DNA of 63,427 nucleotides, filler included, from Cercozoa sp. M6MM (taxonomy: Eukaryota; Protista; Endomyxa: Ascetosporea), in NCBI GenBank assembly GCA_040357565.1. It is 6 parts of 6 records of this genome, joined end to end, with 100 filler letters (N's around TTAATTAATTAA, not from the genome) between each part and the next. Parts side by side here need not be neighbours in the genome. Positions count along the whole stretch, not along the records: positions 11,189 to 24,299 come from JBDODJ010000366.1; positions 24,400 to 29,446 come from JBDODJ010000986.1; 4 more parts are not named here. One strand, 5' to 3'. Both the position numbers and the translations under genes were made by a program. Positions 16,455 to 28,006 of the stretch are shown one piece after another. The notes under the pieces were generated by a model. That model did not search any database. It saw only the letters and a program-made list of their open reading frames with translations, and was not told the origin of the DNA. How positions within the stretch are numbered: the first letter of the stretch is position 1; every line of letters begins with the position of its first letter.

Positions 16455-17874
16455 TATGGGACTGTGTCTATGGACTGCGCTGACGTGTAGAACGGCCCAT
16501 TCCCTGGCATTGACATCTCTGAGTTGTTTGGCGTACGTTTGCTATCTATCTGCTTGTCTCTAATAAACGGTAGTTATTCGCAATCCTGTCGCAGGCACTC
16601 AACATGCAGCGCCGTGGTGTTGAGAACCGCAAGCGAATGAAGGTGTTTTGTGAACATCAATAGTCTCCTGTTTGTTTATGGTTGTCTCTAGGTCAGTGAG
16701 GCTCGTCGCATGTTGGAGCCGTGGGCGTTGCAGCAGCTGGTACTTGTTCTGCATACACTTTTTTGTTCAGTGACTGCTCGGACGACTTCTGGAAATGCGC
16801 AGGTTGACGAAGCTGAGTTGAACCGACGTGCCATTCGCGGTACGCTTCATGGATCGCCGACGATGTTGGTGTGGATGTCATGTGTTATATGTTTTAAACA
16901 GGTGCCGAGCAGCGTGGTGTTGTTTTCGTCGACGAGATCGACAAACTCGCCGAGCAAGGTGCGGCTGAGTCACGTGGTGGTGGCGGCATTGTGAACGCCA
17001 ACCGTCGCGGCGAGGGCGTTCAGAAGGAGTTGCTCACTCTTGTCGAAGGACAGATGGTGCACACGCCGCTGGGCGCCGTTGCAACGGACCACATTCTCTT
17101 CGTTGGCGCTGGCGCTTTTGCTGTACAGCTTTTTGTTTTGTACTCTGCTGTGCACAATGTTACTCGCTTGTGCGTAGTGTTCGAAGCCATCGGATCTGAT
17201 GCCGGAGCTGCAGGGTCGCTTCCCAATTCGCGTTGAGTTGCAGGTGTGTTTAAATTGACCGATGACATCTTTTCATGTGCTTTTTGAGTGTCATAGGCTC
17301 TGACAGTGGAGGATTTCAAGCGCATCCTGACGGACACCAAGTACAACCTGCTCGAGCAGCAACGCCAAATGCTACGAAGTGACGACGTGTCACTTAAATT
17401 CACTGAGTGGTACTCTTCTTACTGGTCACTTTGTGGCTGTGTCTGTACACTGAGAGTGTTTCCAGTGCCATCGATGCCGTGGCCGACGTGACGCATGATC
17501 TCAACACGCACACCAATCTGGCACTTTCTCATTGTGCTTGTGGTCGCCTTGTCGCGTTGTGCACTGTCTGACGTGCTGTGTGGTAGGGTGCTCGTCGTCT
17601 CAGGCAAGTGCTGCAAAAGACTCTTGAAGACAGTATGTTTCCATTGTTTGCTGCCACTGTATGTTTACACAATTACACGCAAATAAAACGCTTTGTTGTG
17701 CTCTAGTCAAATTTTTTGCGACGGAGAAGCGCGGCAGGTGCTTTGCTCGCTCTCTGTGGCGTTTGTCTGTTAGTATTCTGTTTTCGTAGTGAAATTGTGG
17801 TCGACGCGGAACATGTGCGGACCGCTTGTCGCTCTTTGAACAAGGACGCAGACCTGTCCAAGTACGTCATTTAA
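15215..17874 (+). CDS. hslU: HslU (ClpY) ATPase with predicted mitochondrial presequence
   Basis: [92 protein letters not shown]-terminal DLSKYVI*; Arg-rich, acid-free N-terminus. Confidence 0.96.
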
Positions 17875-17989
17875 CGTGCACGTGGCGACGGTATCGTTGC
17901 GATGGATCATGTGACCCCGACGCGATCCTCGCGTCGCGTCGCGTCGCCTTCCGAACGAAGGTGATAATTTACTTACGTTACTCAGTTGT

Positions 17990-18350
17990 TGCGAGATTGC
18001 CAACGCAAGTCTGAGTGAAGGCAACGACTAAAGAAAAGTAAGAATGTAAGGTCGTTCAAGCGAGTGTTCGTCCGACATCTCAAAAACTGAAACGAAAGAT
18101 TAGAGGGTAGAGGTATGCGAAGAACTAGCCTGCTCAAGATAGAGCAAGTCTGTAGTTAGTTAGTTAGAGGAGTCGAGTCTGTAGCTTCGGTGTCAAAAAG
18201 CACGGGTACCGTTTGAGGTAAAAATTTACCAAGGTGGTGGCCCAAATATCTATGTTGCGCTTGACCCACCCTCGCCTAGGACTGGTATAGGGAAACTACA
18301 TAGATGGTTTCTACATAGTTGGTTTCTTAGTCGACTGAACTAACTAACTA
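17990..18350 (+). mobile_element. 3' remnant of a non-LTR retrotransposon with (TAAC)n-like tail
   Basis: Degenerate C-terminal LINE-like peptide (LPTQV..ESKNVRSFKRVFVRHL), 3' motif GACCCACCC..GGGAAACTAC..GGTTTC shared with 38781 and 51530(rev), tail AACTAACTAACTA. Confidence 0.55.
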
Positions 18351-21044
18351 ATAATCGAGAGCACGCGCAACGTGCACATGCTCGTTTTCGGCTGTATCGA
18401 GGCCTGGGGTAAGATCCGCATGCGCACTCGCGTTGCTGCCGCCGCTGTCACTTCTGGCGTCAGTGTCGTTTCTATCTTCACCAAGATGCACAGTGAAAGA
18501 AGCCGGCAACTGTTGCTGCACAGTGGCGTGGTATTGACGCAGTGCTCCAAGCAACGCTCCGTACTCACGGAGCAGTGTCTGCAAGGTAGTAGAACAACGT
18601 GCACCACCGAAATAACTCGAAGCATAAGTGCACGAAACCTCCTTCTGCCTCCGGTGCTCTCGGTAGTGTGCCGACAGTTGTTGCTCTTGCTGTTTCTGTG
18701 TGAATTACAAAAAAAAAAACGACTGTACGTCTATGCGATGCTGAACGCGTGCGCTCGCGTACCAATAGCTGTCGGTTGGCCTGTGCCGTCGCTGTATCAC
18801 GGGCAGTTTTTGCCCTGTCAATGACAGAAAAATACAAGAATGGGAAAGAAGAGCGTAGAAATTTACTCATCGTTAAGCAACTGCAATCGCAGCTCGCTCA
18901 GTGTGTGCTGGTTTGCCTACATACACACACAGGACACATTCAAGTCATCCTTCTTCCGCGTTGCACACGAGCACACCTCATGTTTTTGCTTGAACTGCGC
19001 TTCTTGTGCTTTCAATCTAAGCACCAAAGGTGGTTAAATAACCAATTAACACAAAGAGCAGAATTCAGGTACTGTCGAGCCGTGTTTCGCAAGTATTCCT
19101 CCAGCCCAGCGTGCTCCTTCTCAAGTGCCTTGGTTTTGACCCTCAGTTGAGTGGCCTGCTCGTGAAGTCCGCGGATTTGAGAATCCAACGACGCCAACGT
19201 TTTTTGTTCCTTCACACACAGACATACACAGACATGCGACGAAAGCTAATAACAGGCGTGTTTGGCAACGATTAACTTTACTTGTTCAACCCGATCGACG
19301 TGCGGAGTTAAATCATGCAATTCTTTAGTCAGCTGAAAAAAGTCACCATGCTAATATTAAATGCAAAAACTCTGCACACGGAAAATCTACCTCGCGCAGC
19401 ATCTGCACTTGCTCTTCTTTTCTCTGTGAGTGTGCTTATAACCTCACGCCAGCAAATGTTATTAAAATGAAAAGTACATGAATGCGCGGCTCACGTGTAC
19501 GCACGCGTTGTGACAACTCTCGAACCGACTGAGAACCACAATCATGCAAGATACCAGAGCAGCAAGCAATCACACCAATGAAACAAATATCACCTGCTCA
19601 CGCAAATCGAGATCGCGTCGAATTCGCAGCGGCGAGTGCACCTGAAAAAAGGACGACAGACATAAATTGCGGGACGAGTCAAAAGCGTTGTGGGGACGTG
19701 TAAAGTGTAAACGTATGCACGATAATATACACACCACCCGCGACTTAAGCTCAGCAGTTTTTGCTTCAGCAACCTCCTGTAAGGGAAATACTATATCACA
19801 CTGTGTGTTTAACAAGAGAAGCTAGTGGTACAGCATCATCTTTCACACGACGTAATTGGTCTGCCCTGTCAGCCAGCGTCGCTGTCACCTGTTGCACCTC
19901 GCGTCTGTACAAATGAGAGTCTGCAGGACCTCGAAAATGTGATTTTCAAGATGGTACTGTCGGTCAAACAGTCGTGTTCGCAACGGTGCCAGTTTCTTGT
20001 CCAATTCGGCGTGTTCCTGATCACGAGTACAGTCAAATCACCAAACAAAGAGAAACATGTGCAGAACATACTTGATCCAACGACTCGCGCTGCGGTTGTT
20101 CGGCGTCTCGTTGTCGTTGTAGAGTTTCAACCTGACACCATGACTTGATTTATCCTGTCCTTGACACAAAGATACGTGGGTACCTGTGCGGCAAGGGCTG
20201 CATTTTGTCTGCACATGTTAAACTCTTTTTTTTTTGACAGGACAAAAGCCCACAACTGATGTACCTGTGCAATTCTGCGAGTTCATCCTCGAGTGAGGTT
20301 GCCTCGGCTCGCAATCGCTTGTACACGTCCTACACACACACAAAAAGTGCCCAGGACTGTGGGATTATTTGAAAGTACGACATTGCGTTCTCGAAATTTC
20401 ACGAAATTCAACAGCGCGGACAAATTGCGGCGTGTGACTGTTAAATACAGACAAAGTTGAAAATGCTAAAGGATATTTATACAAGTCTGCACCCGCTGGC
20501 GAAGGTTGCCAGACGTCGTTACAGCTGAAATTGTCGACGCCAATCTTGCGCATTAGGTGGCTACACGGTTGAGTAGGGAAGCACCAAAAAGAGAGGTGAA
20601 ATTACCTTAGACGACGCAGAAAGGCGGTGATACCGACTGAAGATTCGTGTAGCTGTGGGTGCTCCAGCGCACCTAGACGGTGATAACAAATACCAAATTA
20701 CTATTTGAGAATGTGCACGATACTTTGGGCTTTAAAGTTTATTTGCGACCATCTCGCACGTGGTATGCCGAGCAAAGCTTCCAGGAAACAGTCATACACC
20801 TGCGAACAGCACAGAAAAACGCTGCAAAGATACACATGGTCAGAGGATGTTGATACCTTCTCAACAAACTCAGCGGTAGGCTGTTTCAAAAGCTGCGGCG
20901 TCACGTGCGACAGTCCTACGGAAATCATGGATGTCTCATGCAATGATAAGGAAGAAGAAGGCTCAGAGGGAACAAACCAAGCTGTCTCAGCGAGTTGACG
21001 AGCTCGCTCAGTCCGAGCAACGGGAAAGGGTACTTCCCACTCAT
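18348..21044 (-). CDS. NUF2: kinetochore protein Nuf2
   Basis: MSGKYPFPLLGLSELVNSL..LKQPTAEFVEKVYDCFLEALLG..ALEHPQLHESSV..MRKIGVDNFSCNDVWQP..VEFRE (Nuf2 CH domain) followed by long coiled-coil exons; TAG at 18350-18348. Confidence 0.85.
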
Positions 21045-21298
21045 CTGCGCTCTTGGGCACTAAGACCCACGAGAACAATTTCACTTTCACTCCTCACACC
21101 TATTGGCGCACGTGCGTTAAACTCTGCCCAGCTTCGTTGATAAAAACGCCAGTCCAGTTTGGACTGACCACTTGTCCTGCGGATCCTCAAAAGCCAGAAC
21201 ACGCACTAATCGATGGTAGATTAACTTAAACCGCAATAATTCTGTGTTTTAAAGTCAGGATTAGTGCCGCATTCGAGTTTAGCGCTCGCTGCTTTTCG

Positions 21299-22614
21299 AT
21301 GAATCTGTTCTACATTTTTCGGTGCCCGAAAAAGGCGGCACAGAACTTGTGCGACAAACACGTGCGTTGTATTTGTACCTCGCGAACATAACTGCATGTT
21401 GGATGTGAAAGTTTTGTACGTAGGTGGTAAAAATGGTTGTCGAGACAGCTCAGTTACTGTCAATCGCACACCGCGTTCTCGCACAAGAACACCCCGAGTT
21501 GGAACCTGACCAACAGTTTCTGAAGCAGCTCTACAGAGTCTGGCACATCAAACACCCCTCTGCAATATGGGTCCGTCAATCTGCTCCACAGGTAGGTTTT
21601 TAACGGCACTTTATCTCTGTCAGTCGTGTACAACGATATTTTGCTGCACATGCTATAGTACACTTGGGCGTATCGGCACTTTTGTGCCTTACTGGACGAG
21701 TACACGTTGCGGTACGTATGAATACTATTGATGTTCCCATTAGATACGATTTCTTCTAATTTCTGCTGGAGTTCGCAGATATCAAAAGCAGCACGCTTGC
21801 GAACGCTTACGCGCGATTCTTGCGCGGGTAAGGACAATGTGTGTGGATGAAGCTCTCAAATACTGATGCGTTTGATACTTTCGAGGTGTGAATATAGTAC
21901 CTTGTACTGTTCCGCAGGTGCCAGAACCTATCGCAAACGTGACCGCGTGGAGTCCACCTCCCAAAGCAATGCCTGAGCACATCAAGACGCTGCCGCGACT
22001 CACTTCTCTTGCGTAACTTACCTTTCAAAACGAACAACGAACAACACTGTGCGTATGCCTTCACCTGATGTGTTTGATTACTGTATGTTTCATGCGTACA
22101 GTGCATATCGAATGTACTACCGGGAAAAGGCAAAGCATCCTTGGTTTAAGTATGCACGTGGTAGACACCCACCATCGTTTCTGGTAAAGTTGTTGAAGAA
22201 GTTGAAACGCATTCAAGACGTCTCAATAGTCTCTGTGTTTGCAAAAAGGGGTTAAGCCAAACGAAGCTCCGGCAGGTGACAATAGTCACCAGCGATCGCA
22301 AAGCACCGCGAAAGGCAAAAAAGAGAACGAGGCTCAACGAAGACACAGCGGTAGGTCCAGCGAAACCCATAAATGCAACGAAAACCAAGGGTGCAGCGTC
22401 ACTCAAAGGTGCAGCGTCACTCAAGGGTGCAGCGTCACTCAAGGGTGCAGCGTCACCCAAGGTTGCAGCGTCACCCAAGGGTGCAGCGTCACCCAAGGGT
22501 ATAGCGAAAAACAAGCCACAAAAAAAGAGTCACAACAAGGCTCCTCGCGCGACTCAAATGAATCTCCGTCCCCGTAAAAGACGTCGAGTACAGCCTCCAC
22601 ATGTGCCAACGTAA
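21299..22614 (+). CDS. phage/bacterial-type pyrimidine-dimer DNA glycosylase (T4 endonuclease V-like) family protein with H1-like basic tail; 7 exons
   Basis: Exons 21299-21361, 21424-21591, 21659-21711, 21779-21827, 21918-22013, about 22101-22183, about 22249-22614 splice in frame to MNLFYIFRCPKKAAQNLCDKHVVKMVVETAQLLSIAHRVL..LYRVWHIKHPSAIWVRQS..YTWAYRHFCALLDEYTLRYQKQHAC..PPPKAMPEHIK..SLAAYRMYYREKAK..RGRHPPSFL plus a K/R-rich tail. Family assignment is from remembered motif similarity. Confidence 0.85.
22386..22500 (+). repeat. coding 18-bp tandem repeat encoding GAAS[LP]K x6
   Basis: CAAGGGTGCAGCGTCAC[TC] units visible directly. Confidence 0.95.
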
Positions 22615-22833
22615 TTATCACGAGAAGAACATTTTTAAATGAAACGAACTCCCTCAGCCTCGATTTTATGTTTTAATGACGTGACTTGTGTGAGCGGCGC
22701 TCCAGTAAATCTGGTCAAGTCAACCCCACGGGCGCGTGCAGTATCCGTGTGAACACAGCGTGTGTGCGACACATCCAGGAACACGGCAGCGCTGCGTGAG
22801 ACTCTGGTGTTTTGAGGCCAAAGACTAAAGAAA

Positions 22834-24242
22834 ATGGTGGAGAAACGAACGCGTTCGCGCCAAGATTTTCATGAGCCTACCCAGGCCGCTAAGCGAGGTA
22901 TGTTTCTCACCGTATGCGTTGCGCCTTATATCCGGGGTAAAGGCGAAATGTTTTAAAGGCACGGGCTTCGTGCGTGGCGACGAGGCTGCTCACCCCGACG
23001 ACACGCCAGACATCGGTGTGCTTGTTTTGTCCCGCTGCGTGCCCATTTATTGTGTGTGCTTGGCCAAAACGCCCACAGGTTTTGAGGAGAGCGAGGATGA
23101 GTTCATTGAGGAGCAAATCGTATCAATTGTCGCTTAGTACGCACCTTTTCTTTGCCGGTATTTCCAACTTTCTTGGTAGGTCCAAGCGGGTGAGACGATG
23201 GATGATGAGGACGATGAGAAGCGTCCTGAGCAGGTAACTTTGTTTGTAGACCTCACATTGGACCCCAAACGTATCTCCCTGGCCTGCGCAGACGCAAGTT
23301 TGGATGCCCGAAGTCGCGCCGGTCGGCGAGGACGAAGAGCTTGTGGTCGACAACTCCTACTACAAGTGGTACGTGTGTCCTCTCAAGAGACAGAAGAAAC
23401 ACCAGTGGTGCATATGTTCGTTCTGTAGTCTGCACCGTCTGAACACGGACTGGCCGTCGATGTCGTTCGATATTCTTGCCGATGCAGGTGGCGTTGGCCG
23501 TGCCAGGTATGACTACTTCATGCTTCATCTTCATCGGTAACTGATTTCCAACATGGTGATGTGTTGCACATGCAGATTCCCGCACACGCTGTATCTGATG
23601 AGAGGCACCAGCGGTCCCGCTGGCGGTGGTCGCCACGGCCACAAGCTCGAGGTACAGCATTGTTTCTTCTTTGATGCCCGTGTGTGTCCTAGTTTGTATC
23701 AAGAGCTGCTACAGGCTCTCAAACTGAGTGAGCTGCACAAGACCAAGTACGACGATGGCGCGCCCATGGGTGCCTAAATTCCTTTGCACCCGTTTGTGTG
23801 GATAATTCCCATCACATGGAACAGACGAGGACGAGAGCGATGAGGATGTCGATGGCGACCCGGTTGTACCACGTGCTATCTCACGTGTCGATATGCCTTC
23901 TTAATATGCCTGTGTATATAGGTGCAAAACGTGTCGTGGCGTGTGCCTGCATCGGTCAATCGTGTGCGCGTCATGCCGCAGAAACCTGTACCCACAAAGA
24001 TGCTTGCAGTGATTGAAGGTCTGTTTGTATATATATATATATGTGTGTGTGTGTATGTGCTTAGGGCGGTCCGCTGCGTCATGTGGTCGCATGCTGGCTC
24101 TCCAACGGACGCGTCCAAGTTTACGATGTATTCTTGCGTTTAGCTTTTGTCTCGTGCCGTTGTGTTGTATGTCTATGTCTGTACCAACTTAGGGCACAAC
24201 GCACGTGAGTGCGATGGACCGTCCACCTGCCCAGTACACTGT

Positions 24243-24299
<57 letters not shown>
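22834..24299 (+). CDS. GRWD1: glutamate-rich WD repeat protein 1 (Rrb1), 5' part
   Basis: FEESEDEFIEE, VWMP..EELVVDNSYYKCLHRLNTDWPSMSFDIL, FPHTLYLMRGT, LSELHKTK..DEDESDED, VNRVRVMPQ; cut by spacer. Confidence 0.9.
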
Positions 24300-24399
24300 N
24301 NNNNNNNNNNNNNNNNNNNNNNNNNNNNNNNNNNNNNNNNNNNTTAATTAATTAANNNNNNNNNNNNNNNNNNNNNNNNNNNNNNNNNNNNNNNNNNNN

Positions 24400-24742
24400 A
24401 CACACACACACACACACACGCACACACACACACACTCACACACACAGTCAGCCAAGTGATGATACCGCGACGCAGCTTGAACGCGCGATCAATGACCTGA
24501 CCGGGAGCCTCCATCGCCGGCAGTTCAACCGTGTAGCCGAGGCGGCGGTCCTCCTCTTCTTGCAGCACCTCGACTCGCTCTGGCAGGTAGTCCACCGTTT
24601 CTGTCTCTCCGACGGGACTCGACTCGAGCTGTAGAGTGCCCTCACTGACACTCACGTGAGTCTCATCGACTTGCTCGGCGGTGTGGGCCTCGTCGTTTCG
24701 CGTCCACAAGGACGACATCATTGAGAACAAACTCGACAGCAT
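24400..24742 (-). CDS. hypothetical protein, first exon only (cut by contig end)
   Basis: About 98-codon GC-rich exon MLSSLFSMMSSLWTR..FKLRRGIITWLT followed by a (GT)n intron start and the spacer. Confidence 0.55.
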
Positions 24743-25498
24743 TGTGTTGTTTTTTGCTTCTACTCCGGGTAGATCTAGACCTACTCCACACAACACACAA
24801 CTCAAGCGACTCCTCTCTGACGGACAGAAAACACCGAAAGCCCTTAAAATCTCAAAAACTCAAAACCAAAAGCTCAAATCCGCACAGGCACAGCATTTCA
24901 CGAGACGTGCCGCGAGGCACTCCGGTCGCCTTTGTGTACCGTTGTGAGTCGCCTGACAACTGTGGAAAAGCGTTAGAGCCTTGTTTGGGAGAACTCGCTG
25001 CGTGACCTGCTCGACGGCCTTGACCGCATTCGGAAACAAGAAACGCCAGACGCGCCATCTGTCACAAAGTGACCCGATCCGGCCCTTCGAGGAAAAACGC
25101 CCACGGGTCATACACATCGTCCCAGTACACAAACTAGCTTAATAGCATAAAGGCATGGTTCTAGATGTGTTCTCTTCGATGCATTCTCTAAGTTTGCTTT
25201 CTTCCAGTTAGATATAACAAACTTGGTTCCGGCTTGGCGATATGCCGTTTTGCGACTTTGGGAGCTGAATTACGCTGTGACGGACCGAGAAGGCACGGAT
25301 GCAGACTGATGGACAAGAGCTAGGGTCTCGTGTTCATGTGTCGCTTCGCCTGGCAACTACGCAGCCATCCTGCGCCACCTACTCCGACTGCGCAGCCCTC
25401 TGGTCGCGGTCGGTATCTTAGTTGAGGAGAATAAAAGGATATGTCGACAAGCACTTTCTTGAACGCGATGGCCGGGACAAGAACAGCCACGGCACCTT

Positions 25499-27260
25499 TT
25501 ACGCTGCATGCACGCCGTGACGAAGTTCTTCAGTTAGTTGAGCCGCCGCATCTCGAACTGTGGTACGTAAGTCGTCGAGGCGTCCGCGCATTGCGTCCAC
25601 GAACGCGTCCCACTCGCCTTCAAAAGCGGCCAAACGCTCGCCAGTTGCTGCCAATTCCGTCAGGTTGGCGCTCTGCACGATGTCGGTGACGCGCTGGTCC
25701 AAAGCATCCATTTCGGCTTCCTTCTCCTGGTACTTGCGGTTGACCTGATCACGAGCGTCGCTCTCGACGTCACCGACCCGTCGCTCGAGGTCGCGGAACA
25801 CGTCATCCACTCGAGCGTACCACTCAGCACGCGAGTCGTAGGGTAGCGCAGCGACTTCGAGTTCGAGTTCTTCTTCGGACTGGCTCAAGGAGCGGCGGAT
25901 GTCATCTTTGAAGTACCCTCGATATATTTGCAAATTTTCTCGCAGTCTTGACGCTCTGGTTCTGACATTCTGTCATTTACATTCAAGTTTTCCCAAACTA
26001 AAGTTAAACAATCAGCTTTGATAATGTACCAAAAAAGGGTGGATATTCATTTTGACGCAGCCTTCGGTTTCGGCATCGGCCCACAGTATATTGTCAACCT
26101 CGCCGTTTCTAATGGTGTCAAAGTTCAGATTTGCGTCAAACCGGTCGTATTGGATTTGCAGGTCGTCGATCTGGCGAGTCAGGGCTTTAATCCTGTCCTG
26201 CATCTCAAGCAGGGTTTGGACCTACGAAAAAACCCGGGAGTTCAGCAAATTAGTAGCATCAAATAGACACGGACATGAACTTTAGTGGTAGTATTGGGTT
26301 TTTGTACGGAAGAAGTTGAGGCCAGTTGCTGTTCTATCTCTGCACGTTCACGCAAAGCTGCCGCGATTCCTTGCTCAAGTCCATGACTGGCTTGCATCAG
26401 ACCGGCGAGGACAGTTTCCAGTCGATCGAGTTCAAGTGAAGCACGCTTCTCACCAGGTGACCCCGGAGGACACGAACGTTGCAGCAGCGTGCGAGCATCG
26501 TTGAACACGTTCTGCATCAGCTTGATTCTTTCATCAATCCCGAACTGGAGACGTTGTAACACATCTTCGAGATGAAACATGTCTCGGTCCAAGCGTTGGC
26601 GCCAGTCATGCGCTTCCTGCGAAAACAAATTCGGAGCCAAGTGGCAGTTACCCATGACCAAATGCACCTCAAGACCCGGTCCGCGGTTTGGAAATCGTGC
26701 GGTGGTGTGACCGGGCGGGAATGCGCTGTTAACAACTGCAGTGCGTAGATGCTGGCGTCGTTTCCGGGCAGTTTGGCGCAGGCAGGACTTGTCAGCGCTT
26801 TTTGCACAATGGCAAGCTAAAAACACAGGTCATGTGCACGTTTAACGTCACTCACTCGCAATTGCTTCAATTCAAGCTGGTGCGGTCGTACCACGGAGGA
26901 GAAATCCTTGCCGTCGATTACAGAGTTGACAAGATTCAACTGTTGTTTGCAATAATACTCTTCTTCCGTCCGCATTCCGAGAACCACTCGTCGTGTTAGG
27001 CGCTGCTGCTCTTGCATGGCTGCGCTGTACTGTTGGGCCTGGAGCAGGGAATCCACGCTAACTTTGATACAGCAAGGCGTAAGAGTGAGGGGCGAACACC
27101 CTCGAAGCTTACCAGGTCGCGGTACTCGGCCTCCATAGCAGCGATCTCTTCAGCATTGAACAGACTGCGAAGGTCTATCGATGGCGTCGCTGGCGTTAGC
27201 CTTCTTGCACCGAAGCACGCGACCACGTTGAAGAGAAGCGCTCCAAACAGAAGTTTCATG
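25499..27260 (-). CDS. putative secreted coiled-coil protein of unknown function
   Basis: Signal peptide MKLLFGALLFNVVACFG; about 5 exons with long heptad-rich helices (DWRQRLDRDMFHLEDVLQRLQ.., LEQMQDRIKALTRQIDDLQ.., VNRKYQEKEAEMDALDQRV..). Confidence 0.65.
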
Positions 27261-27566
27261 AGTAGGATGTGATTTTCCAGCAGAAGCCGATACGATAGAG
27301 GTTTTCGCTTCGACACACACACACAGGTGGCTTAGACGGACTTTGGAGGTAAATTGGTAGTCTAAAAAATTCCCAAACTCACACAGAGAGCACGGACGCC
27401 CGTCGCTGGCAGCTTTTTCAGCACTTCGGACTTTCAGCTGACACTTTTTACTGTCTGATGAGGTTTGTAGCGGCGGCGCAAAAATTGCTCCTACTGGAGC
27501 TTTCTTAAACGTTTCTGCAACTGAACGGGAGTTTAGTTCAGTCGACTTTCGACTGTAAACAAGCAC

Positions 27567-27992
27567 ATGACCGCAATCCACCGCCCGCTTAGGGTCGGCC
27601 ATCCAACTCCCCTTTTGAAGGTCCCCTGGACATCGGCCACACAGAGTTTTCTGAGCCTCGCACGACGAACTGCTCCGGGTGTATCTAAATTTACGTTTAT
27701 ACAGTACACACCACTCATCTTCCGGACAGTTTCTATTACTGACAGTACCGTACCGTACAGTAAATTTACTGTTTAGTTCTGAGTCTATTATTGATTGCAG
27801 TCCAGGACTGCACTACAACTGCAGATATCACCACAAGGTATTGCTACGGTTACAATTGGTAACTTCAGTTCGAAATCGTTCTACTATACTTGCACAGTTG
27901 CTACTCGTGCGCACGTGCAGGCACCGCGAGCGGGACGGCAGCTTCCACAGCCTGTAAGGACCAAACACAATCACAAGCCACTTCTCAGATAA
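27567..27992 (+). CDS. possible small two-exon hypothetical gene
   Basis: Two short ORFs separated by an AT-rich GT..AG segment; no homology recognised. Confidence 0.2.
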
Positions 27993-28006
27993 AACCGTCT
28001 GTAGTA

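Noticed and set aside
21624-21711. Apparent in-frame TAG (LLHML*YTW) suggesting stop-codon reassignment
   Set aside because: The TAG is the splice acceptor (21656-21658); TAA, TAG and TGA all terminate conserved genes in the window.
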